A stretch of DNA of 61,531 nt from the NCBI GenBank assembly GCA_016198275.1, contig JACQIX010000019.1:1-61531 (forward strand), in the 5' to 3' direction. A program made the translations under genes and the position numbers. The notes below the pieces were generated by a model. It saw only the letters and a program-made list of their open reading frames with translations, did not search any database and had not been told where the DNA came from. The stretch comes from Candidatus Daviesbacteria bacterium (GTDB lineage: Bacteria > Patescibacteriota > Microgenomatia > Daviesbacterales > UBA10151). Below are positions 9,744-18,435 of the stretch, piece by piece (the stretch's first letter is position 1; each line of letters starts with the position of its first letter).

Positions 9744-10976
9744 ATGTTAGACATAAATTATATACGGGAAAATTTAGATAAAGTTAAAAAATCAGTTGAA
9801 GCAAGAAAGACTGAGGTGGATGTGGACAAACTGATACAGTTTGATGATCAGAGAAGAAAATTGATTCAGACTGTTGATGAGTTACGGGCCAAAAGGAACG
9901 AAGCAGCAAAGAAAAAAGATATAAAGACTGGCAAAAAAATTAAAAATGATTTAGATGGGTTTGAGAAAGAATTGAATAATGTAGAGCAAGACTGGAATAA
10001 TTTAATGCTGCAAATACCAAACATACTGGGGGATGAGGTACCAATAGGGGATGCATCTGCCAATAAAGTCATCAGAAAATCAGGCGAGATTCCTCAGTTT
10101 AATTTTAAAGTCAGGGACCACATGGAACTGGGTAAAATTACGGATATTATTGATTTTGACAGGGGAGTAAAAGTTGGTGGGTTTAGAAGTTATTTTTTGA
10201 AAAATGAAGGGGTTAAACTTCACTTTGGGGTTTTAAATTTTGCCTTTGATCATTTAGTTCAAAAAGGGTTTGAGCCAATTGTGCCGCCAGTTATAAACAG
10301 AAGGTTTGCCCTGATCGGGGGAGGACAATTCCCCTGGGGCAAGGAAGATACATATTCAGTAGGGGAGCAAGAATTTTTGGTTGGTACTGCTGAAATTCCG
10401 CTAATGGCCATGCACGCTGATGAGACTTTAGATATTGGGGATTTACCTAAAAAATATATAGGAATTTCACCATGTTTCAGGACAGAAATTGGCTCTTATG
10501 GTAAAGATACCAAAGGTCTGTATAGAGTGCATGAGTTTTATAAAGTTGAGCAGGTTATTTTATGTGAGGCAGACGAAACTCAGTCTTTAGGATTTTTTGA
10601 GCAACTGCAGGATAATAGCGAGGAAATTTTACAAATGCTTGGTCTCCCCTATCAAGTGGTTTGTTTATCCTCCCAGGATATGGGTAAAAAGGCTGTCATT
10701 ACCTATGATATAGAAACCTGGATGAGTGCAAGAAGTGGATTTAGCGAAACTCATTCCAACTCTGTAGTTTTAGACTTTCAGACCAGGAGGTTAAAAATTA
10801 GGTACAAGGATAAAGATGGAAAAGTGAAATTTTGTTATGCTTTAAATAATACTGCCATTGCTTCCCCCAGAATTTTAATTCCCCTTTTGGAAAATTTTCA
10901 AACAGAGGATGGTTCGGTTAAAATTCCAGAGGTTATACAAAAATACACAGGGTTTTCTGTAATAAATCCAAAATAA
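9744..10976 (+). CDS. serS: Serine--tRNA ligase
   Basis: 410 aa. It has an N-terminal coiled-coil arm and class II core motifs GTAEIPL and CFRTEIGSYGKDTKGLYRVHEFYKVEQ. Confidence 0.95.
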   Translation: MLDINYIRENLDKVKKSVEARKTEVDVDKLIQFDDQRRKLIQTVDELRAKRNEAAKKKDIKTGKKIKNDLDGFEKELNNVEQDWNNLMLQIPNILGDEVPIGDASANKVIRKSGEIPQFNFKVRDHMELGKITDIIDFDRGVKVGGFRSYFLKNEGVKLHFGVLNFAFDHLVQKGFEPIVPPVINRRFALIGGGQFPWGKEDTYSVGEQEFLVGTAEIPLMAMHADETLDIGDLPKKYIGISPCFRTEIGSYGKDTKGLYRVHEFYKVEQVILCEADETQSLGFFEQLQDNSEEILQMLGLPYQVVCLSSQDMGKKAVITYDIETWMSARSGFSETHSNSVVLDFQTRRLKIRYKDKDGKVKFCYALNNTAIASPRILIPLLENFQTEDGSVKIPEVIQKYTGFSVINPK

Positions 10977-10978
10977 TT

Positions 10979-12160
10979 TTAACGAGTTTGTTGTCTTTGT
11001 TTAATTAAATCTGCAGCAGAGGTGGCGCTTTGTCCTACTCCTTCTAATTGCCCAAAATTGGTGGAGCCAGAATTATCAGGTGGCGGGGTTGGTTGGGAGG
11101 GTGTGGTAATTGGAGCAGGAGGTTTTACTTGAGGCAAAGTTGCTTTTGCAGTCTCGGCAGGAAGTGAAGTAGTTGTTTTAGGCGGTTGGCCTATTCCCAA
11201 AATAAAATAAGCAGTGGCTCCAGCCACTATAATCAATAGTCCTATACCTAAGCCGATTACCCACTTAGGTATACCTTTATGCCCTTCAGCTGGAAGAGCC
11301 GGCGCTTCCTGAGTAGGTGTTTGTGGTGGAACCACTAATGTTTCCGGTGCGATGGGAGTTTCCGGCAGAGAATTATTGGTGATTAGATGTGATAGGTCAG
11401 TAGGAGTAGAGTCTGGGGTAGATGGCAGCGTAGCCGAGGTACTTGCGCCAACGTTCATCCAGCTTGGTTGGATTGCGGGTTGTTGAGGAGCGGCAGGGGT
11501 AGTTGCAGATCCGTCAATAGTTGGAGGCTGCGTTGGTGCACCCCACGGGTTATCCAGAGGTGAAAGGATAGGGGTAGGACTTGGTGGTGCGTAAGCGGTA
11601 GCTAATGGTTCGTTTTGAATAGGATAAGTTTGGGTTGGTTCTTCGGATATTGATAAAGGTGTTGTTTGGAGTGGGATTGAAGCTGACTGGGGCTGGGTTG
11701 ATGTAATGTTGGCGGGGGGGGGTTCAATAGGTAAAGTTGGGGTAGAATAATCTGGGGAAGATGCAAAATTAGAAGGGAATGTTTGCGGTTGAGGTTCGAC
11801 AGAAGGTTGAGGAATAGTTGTTAAAGGAGAAGCTGATGTAGTAGGCAAAGGAGTTGATGGCCAAGTTGGCGCGGCATTAGCTGGTGGGGAAAAAGAAGGA
11901 GGAGCTGGGGAAAGAGTAGGTGGTGTAGTTGGCGGTTGATAAGTTCCGCTTAAGGGGTTGGTTGTTTGACTTTGTTGATTAAAGTTTGGTAAGGGAGTTG
12001 ATGGCCAAGTTGACTCTGGATTGTCTGGTGCGGCAGTTGGAGACGGTGAAGGATAAGATTGGATAGGGTTGCTTGGTGCCTGAGGGAGGTTAGGGTTAGG
12101 ATCCGGCCCGGTATTAGAGGGTAGAGGGTTGGGATAGTTTGGGTTGTTTGAATTGTCCAT
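10979..12160 (-). CDS. Pro/Thr/Ser/Gln-rich low-complexity protein with one TM helix near the C-terminus
   Basis: 393 aa. About 300 residues are P/T/S/Q-rich, and TWPSTPLP occurs twice, matching the DNA repeat GGAGTTGATGGCCAAGTTG near 11.86 and 12.00 kb. A TM helix ([24 protein letters not shown]) and a ~70-aa tail follow. Confidence 0.55.
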   Translation of the reverse strand: MDNSNNPNYPNPLPSNTGPDPNPNLPQAPSNPIQSYPSPSPTAAPDNPESTWPSTPLPNFNQQSQTTNPLSGTYQPPTTPPTLSPAPPSFSPPANAAPTWPSTPLPTTSASPLTTIPQPSVEPQPQTFPSNFASSPDYSTPTLPIEPPPANITSTQPQSASIPLQTTPLSISEEPTQTYPIQNEPLATAYAPPSPTPILSPLDNPWGAPTQPPTIDGSATTPAAPQQPAIQPSWMNVGASTSATLPSTPDSTPTDLSHLITNNSLPETPIAPETLVVPPQTPTQEAPALPAEGHKGIPKWVIGLGIGLLIIVAGATAYFILGIGQPPKTTTSLPAETAKATLPQVKPPAPITTPSQPTPPPDNSGSTNFGQLEGVGQSATSAADLIKQRQQTR

Positions 12161-12221
12161 AAGGCAGCAAATTTACTATTGTTAGTGTAATCAATGAATA
12201 TACTTATTGTCAACCATTTTA

Positions 12222-12227
12222 TATAAT
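12222..12227 (+). promoter_or_regulatory. Candidate -10 hexamer of secA (leaderless-type spacing)
   Basis: TATAAT lies at 12222-12227, followed by 7 nt and then the secA ATG at 12235. There is no SD. Confidence 0.35.
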
Positions 12228-12234
12228 ATCAGGT

Positions 12235-14979
12235 ATGTTAGGGATATTAGGCAAGCTGCTTGATTCAAATGAGCGGGAAATCAATAAGCTTAAAAAAGTT
12301 GTTGAAAACATCAATGAGTTTGAAAAAAAAGTTTCCAAGCTGACTGACGTACAACTTAAAAATAAGTTTGCAGAATTTAAAAAAATTCATGAGTCAGGCG
12401 TTTCTTTGGATGATCTTTTGCCTGAAGTTTTTGCAACAGCGCGTGAGGCTGCTAAAAGAACTATCAAACAGCGCCATTTTGATGTGCAGATGATGGCGGC
12501 AATTGTTTTGCATCAGGGAAAAATTGCCGAGCAAAAAACAGGTGAGGGAAAAACATTATCAGCCACTCCGGCGCTTTTTTTAAATGCCATTGCCCAAAAA
12601 GGAGTTCATCTGGTCACTGTTAATGATTATTTGGCAATGAGAGATTGTGGTTGGATGGGACCAATTTTTAATGCTTTAGGGGCAACTTGCGCTACTATTA
12701 TTCATGATAAAGCTTTTATTTATGACCCAAAATATAAAAATATCGAACATGAAGATAAACGCTTGCGTAATTTACGCCCTATCAGCAGAAAAGAAGCTTA
12801 TCAGGCAGATATTACTTATGGAACTAATAATGAATTTGGCTTTGATTATTTACGGGATAATATGGTTTTTAGGCTGTCCGATCAGTCTCAAAGGGGTCAT
12901 TTTTTTGCCGTTGTTGATGAGGTAGATTCTATTTTAATTGATGAGGCAAGAACTCCTTTAATTATTTCCCAACCTGCGGATGAAGCTACGGAAAAGTATT
13001 ACCAGTTTTCCAAAATAATTGATTCCTTAAGCACTTCGGATTATGTAGTGGATGAAAAGCTTAAAACAGCTCATTTAACTGAAGGAGGGATTTTAAAAAT
13101 TGAAAAAATGTTAGGGGTTGATAATCTATATGAAAAAGATTTTTCTTCCTTGCATCATTTGGAAGAGGCTTTAAAAGCCAAAACCTTGTTTCATAAGGAT
13201 AAAGATTATGTGGTAAAAGAGGGAGAGGTAATTATTGTTGATGAGTTTACTGGCAGATTAATGTTGGGAAGAAGATACTCGGAAGGATTGCACCAGGCAA
13301 TTGAGGCCAAGGAGGGAATGCCTATTCAACAGGAGTCTCAGACATTGGCTACCATTTCTTTTCAAAATTACTTCAGGATGTATCAAAAACTTGCTGGCAT
13401 GACTGGAACTGCAGCCACAGAAGCAGAAGAATTTAACAAGATTTATAAATTAGAAGTAGTGGTAATACCCACTAATAACCTGATGATCCGTCAAGATCAT
13501 CCGGATACGATTTATAAAACTCAAGCTGCCAAATATACTGCTGTGGCAAATTTGGTAGAGGAATTACACAAAAAGGGCCAGCCGGTTTTGGTTGGAACTA
13601 CCGCTATTGACAAGAATGAATTTTTATCAGAACTGCTAAAAAGAAAAGGGATTTCTCATGCCCTGCTGAATGCTAAAAATCACGAAAAAGAAGCGGAGAT
13701 AATTGCCAAAGCCGGACAAAAAGGGTCAGTGACTGTGGCAACTAATATGGCAGGAAGAGGGGTGGACATAATTTTAGGCAAAGGGATAGCTAATTTAGGT
13801 GGGTTATACGTAATTGGAACTGAGAGGCATGAATCTAGAAGAATAGATAACCAGTTGCGGGGAAGAGGCGGGCGTCAGGGTGACCTCGGAGAAACCAGAT
13901 TTTTTGTTTCCTTGGAAGATGATTTAATGAGAATTTTTGGAGGCGAGCAAGTTTCTAAAGTGATGGATTTTCTGAAAATGCCCCCGGATATGCCAATTGA
14001 ACACGGTTTGGTTTCCAAAGCAATTGAGGGGGCACAGAAAAAAGTGGAAGGTCACAATTTTGATATCAGAAAACATACTGTTGAATATGATGATGTGATG
14101 AATCAGCAAAGGCAAATTATTTATGAAATCCGCAAAAAAGTATTGGAAGCTGCCAGTGAAGGAAAGAACCTATTTTTAAAAAAGGAAATATTGGAAAAAA
14201 TAGAGAGGGAGATTACAAATGTAGTAACAATTTATTCCGAAGAAGGCATGAACAGTAAAAAGATAGTGGAAGAATTTTCTGCTATTGTGCCTGTTGATGA
14301 AAATAGCCAAAAAGAAATTGCAAAACAAATTAGTTCTCTTTCCAACCCGACTGAGATTATTCGATTTCTAAATGAATTATCTGTCAATTTTTATAAGGAG
14401 AGAGAAAAACAAGTGGGTGAAGAGACTGCCCGTCAGATGGAGGTGTTTGTGTATCTAAATACCATTGATACTTTGTGGATTGAGCATTTGGATACTATGG
14501 ATGACCTTCGATCGGGGATAGGATTGCGGGGCTATGCTCAAAGAGATCCTTTGATTGAATACAAAAGGGAAGGATTTGATCTTTTTGAAAAATTGATGGT
14601 GGAGATTGACTATGAAATTGTCCGAAGAATTTACAAGGTAGCAGTTGCAGGACAAACTCCTCCGGAGTCAAGACCAGTAGTAATAGAAAAACACCCGGAA
14701 ATAGAAATAGGTGTGGAAACTGATCTCCCATTTGATGGCACAAAAGTAAGAATTGAAAGGAATGGAGTAGTATCCGAACAAGTTTATGGGGTACAAGGTC
14801 AACTAAATAATCCTCATGGAAAAATTGGCAGAAATGATCCATGCTATTGTGGTTCGGGTAAAAAGTATAAGAAGTGCCACCTAAATAGGGAACCGCAAGG
14901 AGGACAGGAGTTAGAAGCCTATAACTTATACTTCAATAATCAGGAAGAATGGCAAAGACGTTATGGTAAGAAAAGTTGA
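12235..14979 (+). CDS. secA: Preprotein translocase ATPase SecA, with an atypically long tail after the C-terminal zinc finger
   Basis: 914 aa. It has the DEAD-like motor motifs (MAAIVLHQGKIAEQKTGEGKT, DEVDSILIDEARTPLIIS, MAGRGVDI, GRGGRQGDLGE) and a C-terminal zinc motif CYCGSGKKYKKCH. Another 33 residues follow that motif. Confidence 0.95.
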   Translation: MLGILGKLLDSNEREINKLKKVVENINEFEKKVSKLTDVQLKNKFAEFKKIHESGVSLDDLLPEVFATAREAAKRTIKQRHFDVQMMAAIVLHQGKIAEQKTGEGKTLSATPALFLNAIAQKGVHLVTVNDYLAMRDCGWMGPIFNALGATCATIIHDKAFIYDPKYKNIEHEDKRLRNLRPISRKEAYQADITYGTNNEFGFDYLRDNMVFRLSDQSQRGHFFAVVDEVDSILIDEARTPLIISQPADEATEKYYQFSKIIDSLSTSDYVVDEKLKTAHLTEGGILKIEKMLGVDNLYEKDFSSLHHLEEALKAKTLFHKDKDYVVKEGEVIIVDEFTGRLMLGRRYSEGLHQAIEAKEGMPIQQESQTLATISFQNYFRMYQKLAGMTGTAATEAEEFNKIYKLEVVVIPTNNLMIRQDHPDTIYKTQAAKYTAVANLVEELHKKGQPVLVGTTAIDKNEFLSELLKRKGISHALLNAKNHEKEAEIIAKAGQKGSVTVATNMAGRGVDIILGKGIANLGGLYVIGTERHESRRIDNQLRGRGGRQGDLGETRFFVSLEDDLMRIFGGEQVSKVMDFLKMPPDMPIEHGLVSKAIEGAQKKVEGHNFDIRKHTVEYDDVMNQQRQIIYEIRKKVLEAASEGKNLFLKKEILEKIEREITNVVTIYSEEGMNSKKIVEEFSAIVPVDENSQKEIAKQISSLSNPTEIIRFLNELSVNFYKEREKQVGEETARQMEVFVYLNTIDTLWIEHLDTMDDLRSGIGLRGYAQRDPLIEYKREGFDLFEKLMVEIDYEIVRRIYKVAVAGQTPPESRPVVIEKHPEIEIGVETDLPFDGTKVRIERNGVVSEQVYGVQGQLNNPHGKIGRNDPCYCGSGKKYKKCHLNREPQGGQELEAYNLYFNNQEEWQRRYGKKS
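14878..14905. other. Putative attL (serine-integrase junction inside the secA 3' end)
   Basis: The sequence is CACCTAAATAGGGAACCGCAAGGAGGAC. The AACC core is shared with 50446-50449, and the half-site AAATAGG is mirrored by CCTATTT at the right junction. It lies 88 bp from the recombinase stop. Confidence 0.35.
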
Positions 14980-16548
14980 TTAGAAGCGAAAATCGATCTC
15001 TATTTTTCCATTACCCGTACGTATCTCTTTGATGATCATACGCAGAAAATGTTTTCTTTCTTCAAATTCTGCATTATCCCATAAGATATTGAAGTCTTCC
15101 AGGGATTTAGTGAATTTCTCCAGTTCCAGACGACGCTCGTTAATTTGTTGAAGCTTAATTTGATAATCATCGGCTACCACATGGTACTTGTTCTCTTCTT
15201 CCTCTAAGCGCTTTAAATTGCCTCCATAGACTTCTAACGAGTCGATCCCTGCTTCATAAGCTTCTTTGACCCGCTGTCTTCTTCTTTCAATGTCAGCTAG
15301 ATGTTTTGCAGCATATTTGTAGTCGTCTTCTAGGTTATCCGAGATAGCAATATTACGATCAAATATTAGTCTTTCTCTGGCGGTTGGATTATTAACCAGG
15401 TTTCGAATCTGGTTTAATACGAATTCTTCGAGTTTGGTGGCACTTATAACTCTTCTCTGACAGATACCGCTATATTTGTAACCCCCACAAAGGTACTCAT
15501 AGGTAGTTGTATTATTCCATCTAGGATTCTTTTTCTGCCTATTATGGTGACGAGTGAGATAAGTTACGCCAGATCCACAACGAATACATTTTGCGATTCC
15601 AGTTAACAAACCCCGACTCATCTTGGCCCTACCCTTTTGAGAATTACCTCTGACCTTTTTCTCTTTCTGAGCAAGAGCAAAAATAGCATCAGGAATAATT
15701 GGTTTATGCGTTCCAGGTTCGATAATACCTTTGTGTCCTCTTAACCTTCGTTGTTGATTCTTCTTGTATTCAGCGTGTCTCCAACCCCAAAGCACCTTGC
15801 CTGTATATGTTTGGTTTTGGAGCATATATTTAATCGCTTGTGCTCGCCAAAACTGACCTCGCGGGGGTTTTACTCCTTTTTCTGTCAGCGAGAACGCTAT
15901 GTTCAAAGCTCCTCTGCCCTGAATATATTCATCAAATATCCAGCGGACGATTTTTGCCTGCTCTTTATCTACTAGAACTTCCCTTTGTACTTTTCCTTTT
16001 TCATCTAGCCATCTGTGAATTTTGTAACCATATGGTACGTTGTTAGGGATCCTCCCCGATTTAGCCACAGCGACCTTACCCATCATCATTCTTCTGCGGA
16101 TTTTATTTCTTTCAATTTCAGACATCGTGTCACTATATCCTTCAACCATAATACCGAGGTCATCATCGGTGGGATCGTAGAGTTTTGGATCTTTTGGCTC
16201 TACGGGGGTATTAGTTGAGTAGGTCTGTATAAATAATTCCTTCAAAGCTTCCCTTGAGAGGGTGGCGCGTGCACGGTTTCTTGCAAAACGGTCAAAGTCA
16301 TAAACTAGCACCAAATCAAATATATGTTGCTCAGCGTCATCTAATAACTGTTGGAACGCTCTTCTTTCTTCAATGAGATGGCCACTTTCAGCATCAATGT
16401 AAGGTTCATGAACCAATTCCCAACCATGTTCTACGATGGTCTTTTTGCATTTGGCTATTTGATCAGGAAGAGAATATTTCCCTTCTGCTTGCTCTTTTGT
16501 GCTGACTCGGGCATATATTACCGCCCGGATATGAAATTTATTTTCCAT
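14980..16548 (-). CDS. Large serine recombinase (integrase)
   Basis: 522 aa. It has the resolvase catalytic domain AVIYARVSTKEQ (Ser nucleophile), a recombinase domain, a Cys-rich zinc ribbon (CIRCGSG...CGGYKYSGIC) and a long C-terminal coiled coil (EDDYKYAAKHLADIERRRQRVKEAYEAG...). Confidence 0.9.
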   Translation of the reverse strand: MENKFHIRAVIYARVSTKEQAEGKYSLPDQIAKCKKTIVEHGWELVHEPYIDAESGHLIEERRAFQQLLDDAEQHIFDLVLVYDFDRFARNRARATLSREALKELFIQTYSTNTPVEPKDPKLYDPTDDDLGIMVEGYSDTMSEIERNKIRRRMMMGKVAVAKSGRIPNNVPYGYKIHRWLDEKGKVQREVLVDKEQAKIVRWIFDEYIQGRGALNIAFSLTEKGVKPPRGQFWRAQAIKYMLQNQTYTGKVLWGWRHAEYKKNQQRRLRGHKGIIEPGTHKPIIPDAIFALAQKEKKVRGNSQKGRAKMSRGLLTGIAKCIRCGSGVTYLTRHHNRQKKNPRWNNTTTYEYLCGGYKYSGICQRRVISATKLEEFVLNQIRNLVNNPTARERLIFDRNIAISDNLEDDYKYAAKHLADIERRRQRVKEAYEAGIDSLEVYGGNLKRLEEEENKYHVVADDYQIKLQQINERRLELEKFTKSLEDFNILWDNAEFEERKHFLRMIIKEIRTGNGKIEIDFRF

Positions 16549-16571
16549 TTTTCATTTAGTTGAATAATGTA

Positions 16572-16793
16572 TTAACTCAATCCTTCTTTAAGGATTATCG
16601 AAATGTCTTCTTTTCTATATCGACGATCTTTTCTGTTTCCCACACGTATGGCTTTAAGTTTTCCTTGGTTATCCCATTGTCTCAATGTCCATGGGCTAAG
16701 ATTTAGTATTTGGGAAACTTGATTCAAAGTAAGCAATGGGGGCCAAGTTGATGAATTACTCGGAACAAACTCTATTGTTTTCTTCTTTGTCAT
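16572..16793 (-). CDS. Excisionase/MerR-type helix-turn-helix protein (candidate recombination directionality factor or regulator)
   Basis: 73 aa containing LTLNQVSQILNLSPWTLRQWDNQGKLKAIRVGNRKDRRY, an HTH of the excisionase family. It sits immediately upstream of the recombinase on the same strand. Confidence 0.6.
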   Translation of the reverse strand: MTKKKTIEFVPSNSSTWPPLLTLNQVSQILNLSPWTLRQWDNQGKLKAIRVGNRKDRRYRKEDISIILKEGLS

Positions 16794-16833
16794 AACTTAT
16801 ACTAAGTTAACATAGGTAAATGAAAGATGCAAT

Positions 16834-17664
16834 ATGGAAGAAAATGCAGTAATTTCAGATGCGCTTCGTTTAGCAAAAGCCATTCTTGGCTCACTGCTTC
16901 CCAAAGAACGGTGGGCAATTATAAATATTGCAAAAGATAAAAGAGAAAGTTTTGTTTTAGAGGGATACCCTTCAATACCTACATCATTTGGTTACACCTA
17001 TGATAAAACCCCACTATTATTGGAAAAATATATGGTAATTGAGGATAAAGTAGGTGGTTGGTGGTTTATGGGCATATCTGATATTGATTCCTATTGGGCG
17101 AGATATATTCGACAAAATCTAACCACTGTCAATGATATTGAATGGACAGCTCATGAAAAGGGCTACTTAGAGAAAACTAAACTTGTCGAATATTATTATG
17201 ACGATAAAGGTTCGACTGGTCCAAGAATGCATGGACAGGCCGCGGTGCTAATTAACAAACGTGCATTAGAAAAGTTTATAAATAAGTTTAGCAAGAATCG
17301 GGACATGCCTCTCCACCGGAGAGATCATGTATACGAGAATGGCGAATTACGCTTAAAATTACAAGATGGTTCTTACTGTACGCTTGATTTATCTAAAGCA
17401 GACGAATACAGACCAGTTTTTGAGAGTTTCTATTATCTATACAGGGATACTAACCGATATCTCTTTGACAGAGCTGAGCTTTTGGCAAAGTATAAGGAAT
17501 TAACGAGAAAGGAAGTTGATTGGAGATTTTTTATCAAGCAAAAGTCATCGATTGTCGGAAAAATGATTAACACCAAACCTTGTTTGAAGAATCGGATTAT
17601 TTGGGAATTCGATAAAGAAGAGAAAAAATACAGATTCGGAATTTTACCTCTGTCTGATAAATAA
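16834..17664 (+). CDS. Hypothetical protein (element backbone)
   Basis: 276-aa ORF divergent from the xis-int pair. No recognisable motif. Confidence 0.45.
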   Translation: MEENAVISDALRLAKAILGSLLPKERWAIINIAKDKRESFVLEGYPSIPTSFGYTYDKTPLLLEKYMVIEDKVGGWWFMGISDIDSYWARYIRQNLTTVNDIEWTAHEKGYLEKTKLVEYYYDDKGSTGPRMHGQAAVLINKRALEKFINKFSKNRDMPLHRRDHVYENGELRLKLQDGSYCTLDLSKADEYRPVFESFYYLYRDTNRYLFDRAELLAKYKELTRKEVDWRFFIKQKSSIVGKMINTKPCLKNRIIWEFDKEEKKYRFGILPLSDK

Positions 17665-17679
17665 ATCAGACAATCAGAC
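17652..17679 (+). repeat. Three copies of ATCAGAC (one inverted, two tandem) at the end of the 276-aa gene
   Basis: GTCTGAT (17652-17658) is the reverse complement of ATCAGAC (17665-17671), giving a 7-bp stem with a 6-nt loop across the TAA stop. AATCAGAC is then repeated in tandem (17664-17671 and 17672-17679). Confidence 0.4.
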
Positions 17680-17752
17680 AAGTCATTTCTCTCGGATTAG
17701 CCTCATTTTCTCCTATTGACAAATAAATGTCTTCCTGGGTTTGTGGTAGTTG

Positions 17753-17944
17753 ATGAATACTCAACTACCAAAACAGGTTTTTAAAGATCAAGAATTGTCT
17801 TCGAAGATTGCTGTAACCGTGGCCGATGCGGTGCTGCTTCTTTATAAGTCGGTCAAAGAGCGAAAACTTCGAGAGTTAATAAAAAACATGGAAGATGGAG
17901 GATCCATTAAATATGGAAAATTTACAAGAAACATCACTCTATAA
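17753..17944 (+). CDS. Hypothetical small protein
   Basis: 63 aa from the ATG at 17753 (the track start at 17750 is TTG). It overlaps the next ORF by about 30-50 nt. No motif. Confidence 0.3.
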   Translation: MNTQLPKQVFKDQELSSKIAVTVADAVLLLYKSVKERKLRELIKNMEDGGSIKYGKFTRNITL

Positions 17945-18167
17945 AAACCACGATTTTTACCTTTCGGCGATTTGTTTAGCCGCAGGACTGAGTTTGCTGC
18001 GGCTTGAACGAGGCCAAGGTAAGTTCGTCGTCTTTGTCTTCTCTGACCCCCAGCAGAAAGCCCAACAGATAATTTCTGACCATTGGAGTCACAAACTAAA
18101 AGTTCCCAGCAGAAGCATTATTGAAGCAATAAATGAATTAAAAACCAGATTGCATTCTGGAGTTTGA
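17895..18167 (+). CDS. Small phage-associated protein resembling the DUF5659 family
   Basis: 90 aa. The pattern DFYLSAICLAAGLSLLRLERGQGKFVVFVFSDPQQKAQQIISDHW...AINELKTRL matches my recollection of DUF5659 (a-a-L-x-G, then F-x-F-x-D, then a C-terminal l-K). The start may instead be the Met at 17913. Confidence 0.4.
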   Translation: MEDPLNMENLQETSLYKNHDFYLSAICLAAGLSLLRLERGQGKFVVFVFSDPQQKAQQIISDHWSHKLKVPSRSIIEAINELKTRLHSGV

Positions 18168-18397
18168 AGGAGGCTTTTATGAGCAATAAGAGATTTAAAA
18201 CAATTAAGCTTGGCGAAATTCAACAAAGAATTATCAAACATGCAATGGAATATTTACTTATAAATGCTGATAAAGAGTTGGTGTGTGAGTATTGCCAAAA
18301 AAGACTTATGCATCTGATAGATGGGTTTACAAAACGTACGGAAGGAATAACGCTAACAGAAAAAATAAACTTATCACGAACCAAGGGTAATGAATGA
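18164..18397 (+). CDS. Hypothetical small protein
   Basis: 77 aa. The start overlaps the previous stop (GTTTGAAGG / ATGA-type coupling). No motif. Confidence 0.35.
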   Translation: MKEAFMSNKRFKTIKLGEIQQRIIKHAMEYLLINADKELVCEYCQKRLMHLIDGFTKRTEGITLTEKINLSRTKGNE

Positions 18398-18435
18398 TAT
18401 GGCAATTGTGCTTAGAGTCGGGGAGCTAAAAGTAT

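Noticed and set aside
14495-14842. 115-aa minus-strand ORF inside secA
   Set aside because: It is antisense to conserved SecA sequence. It is a shadow ORF.
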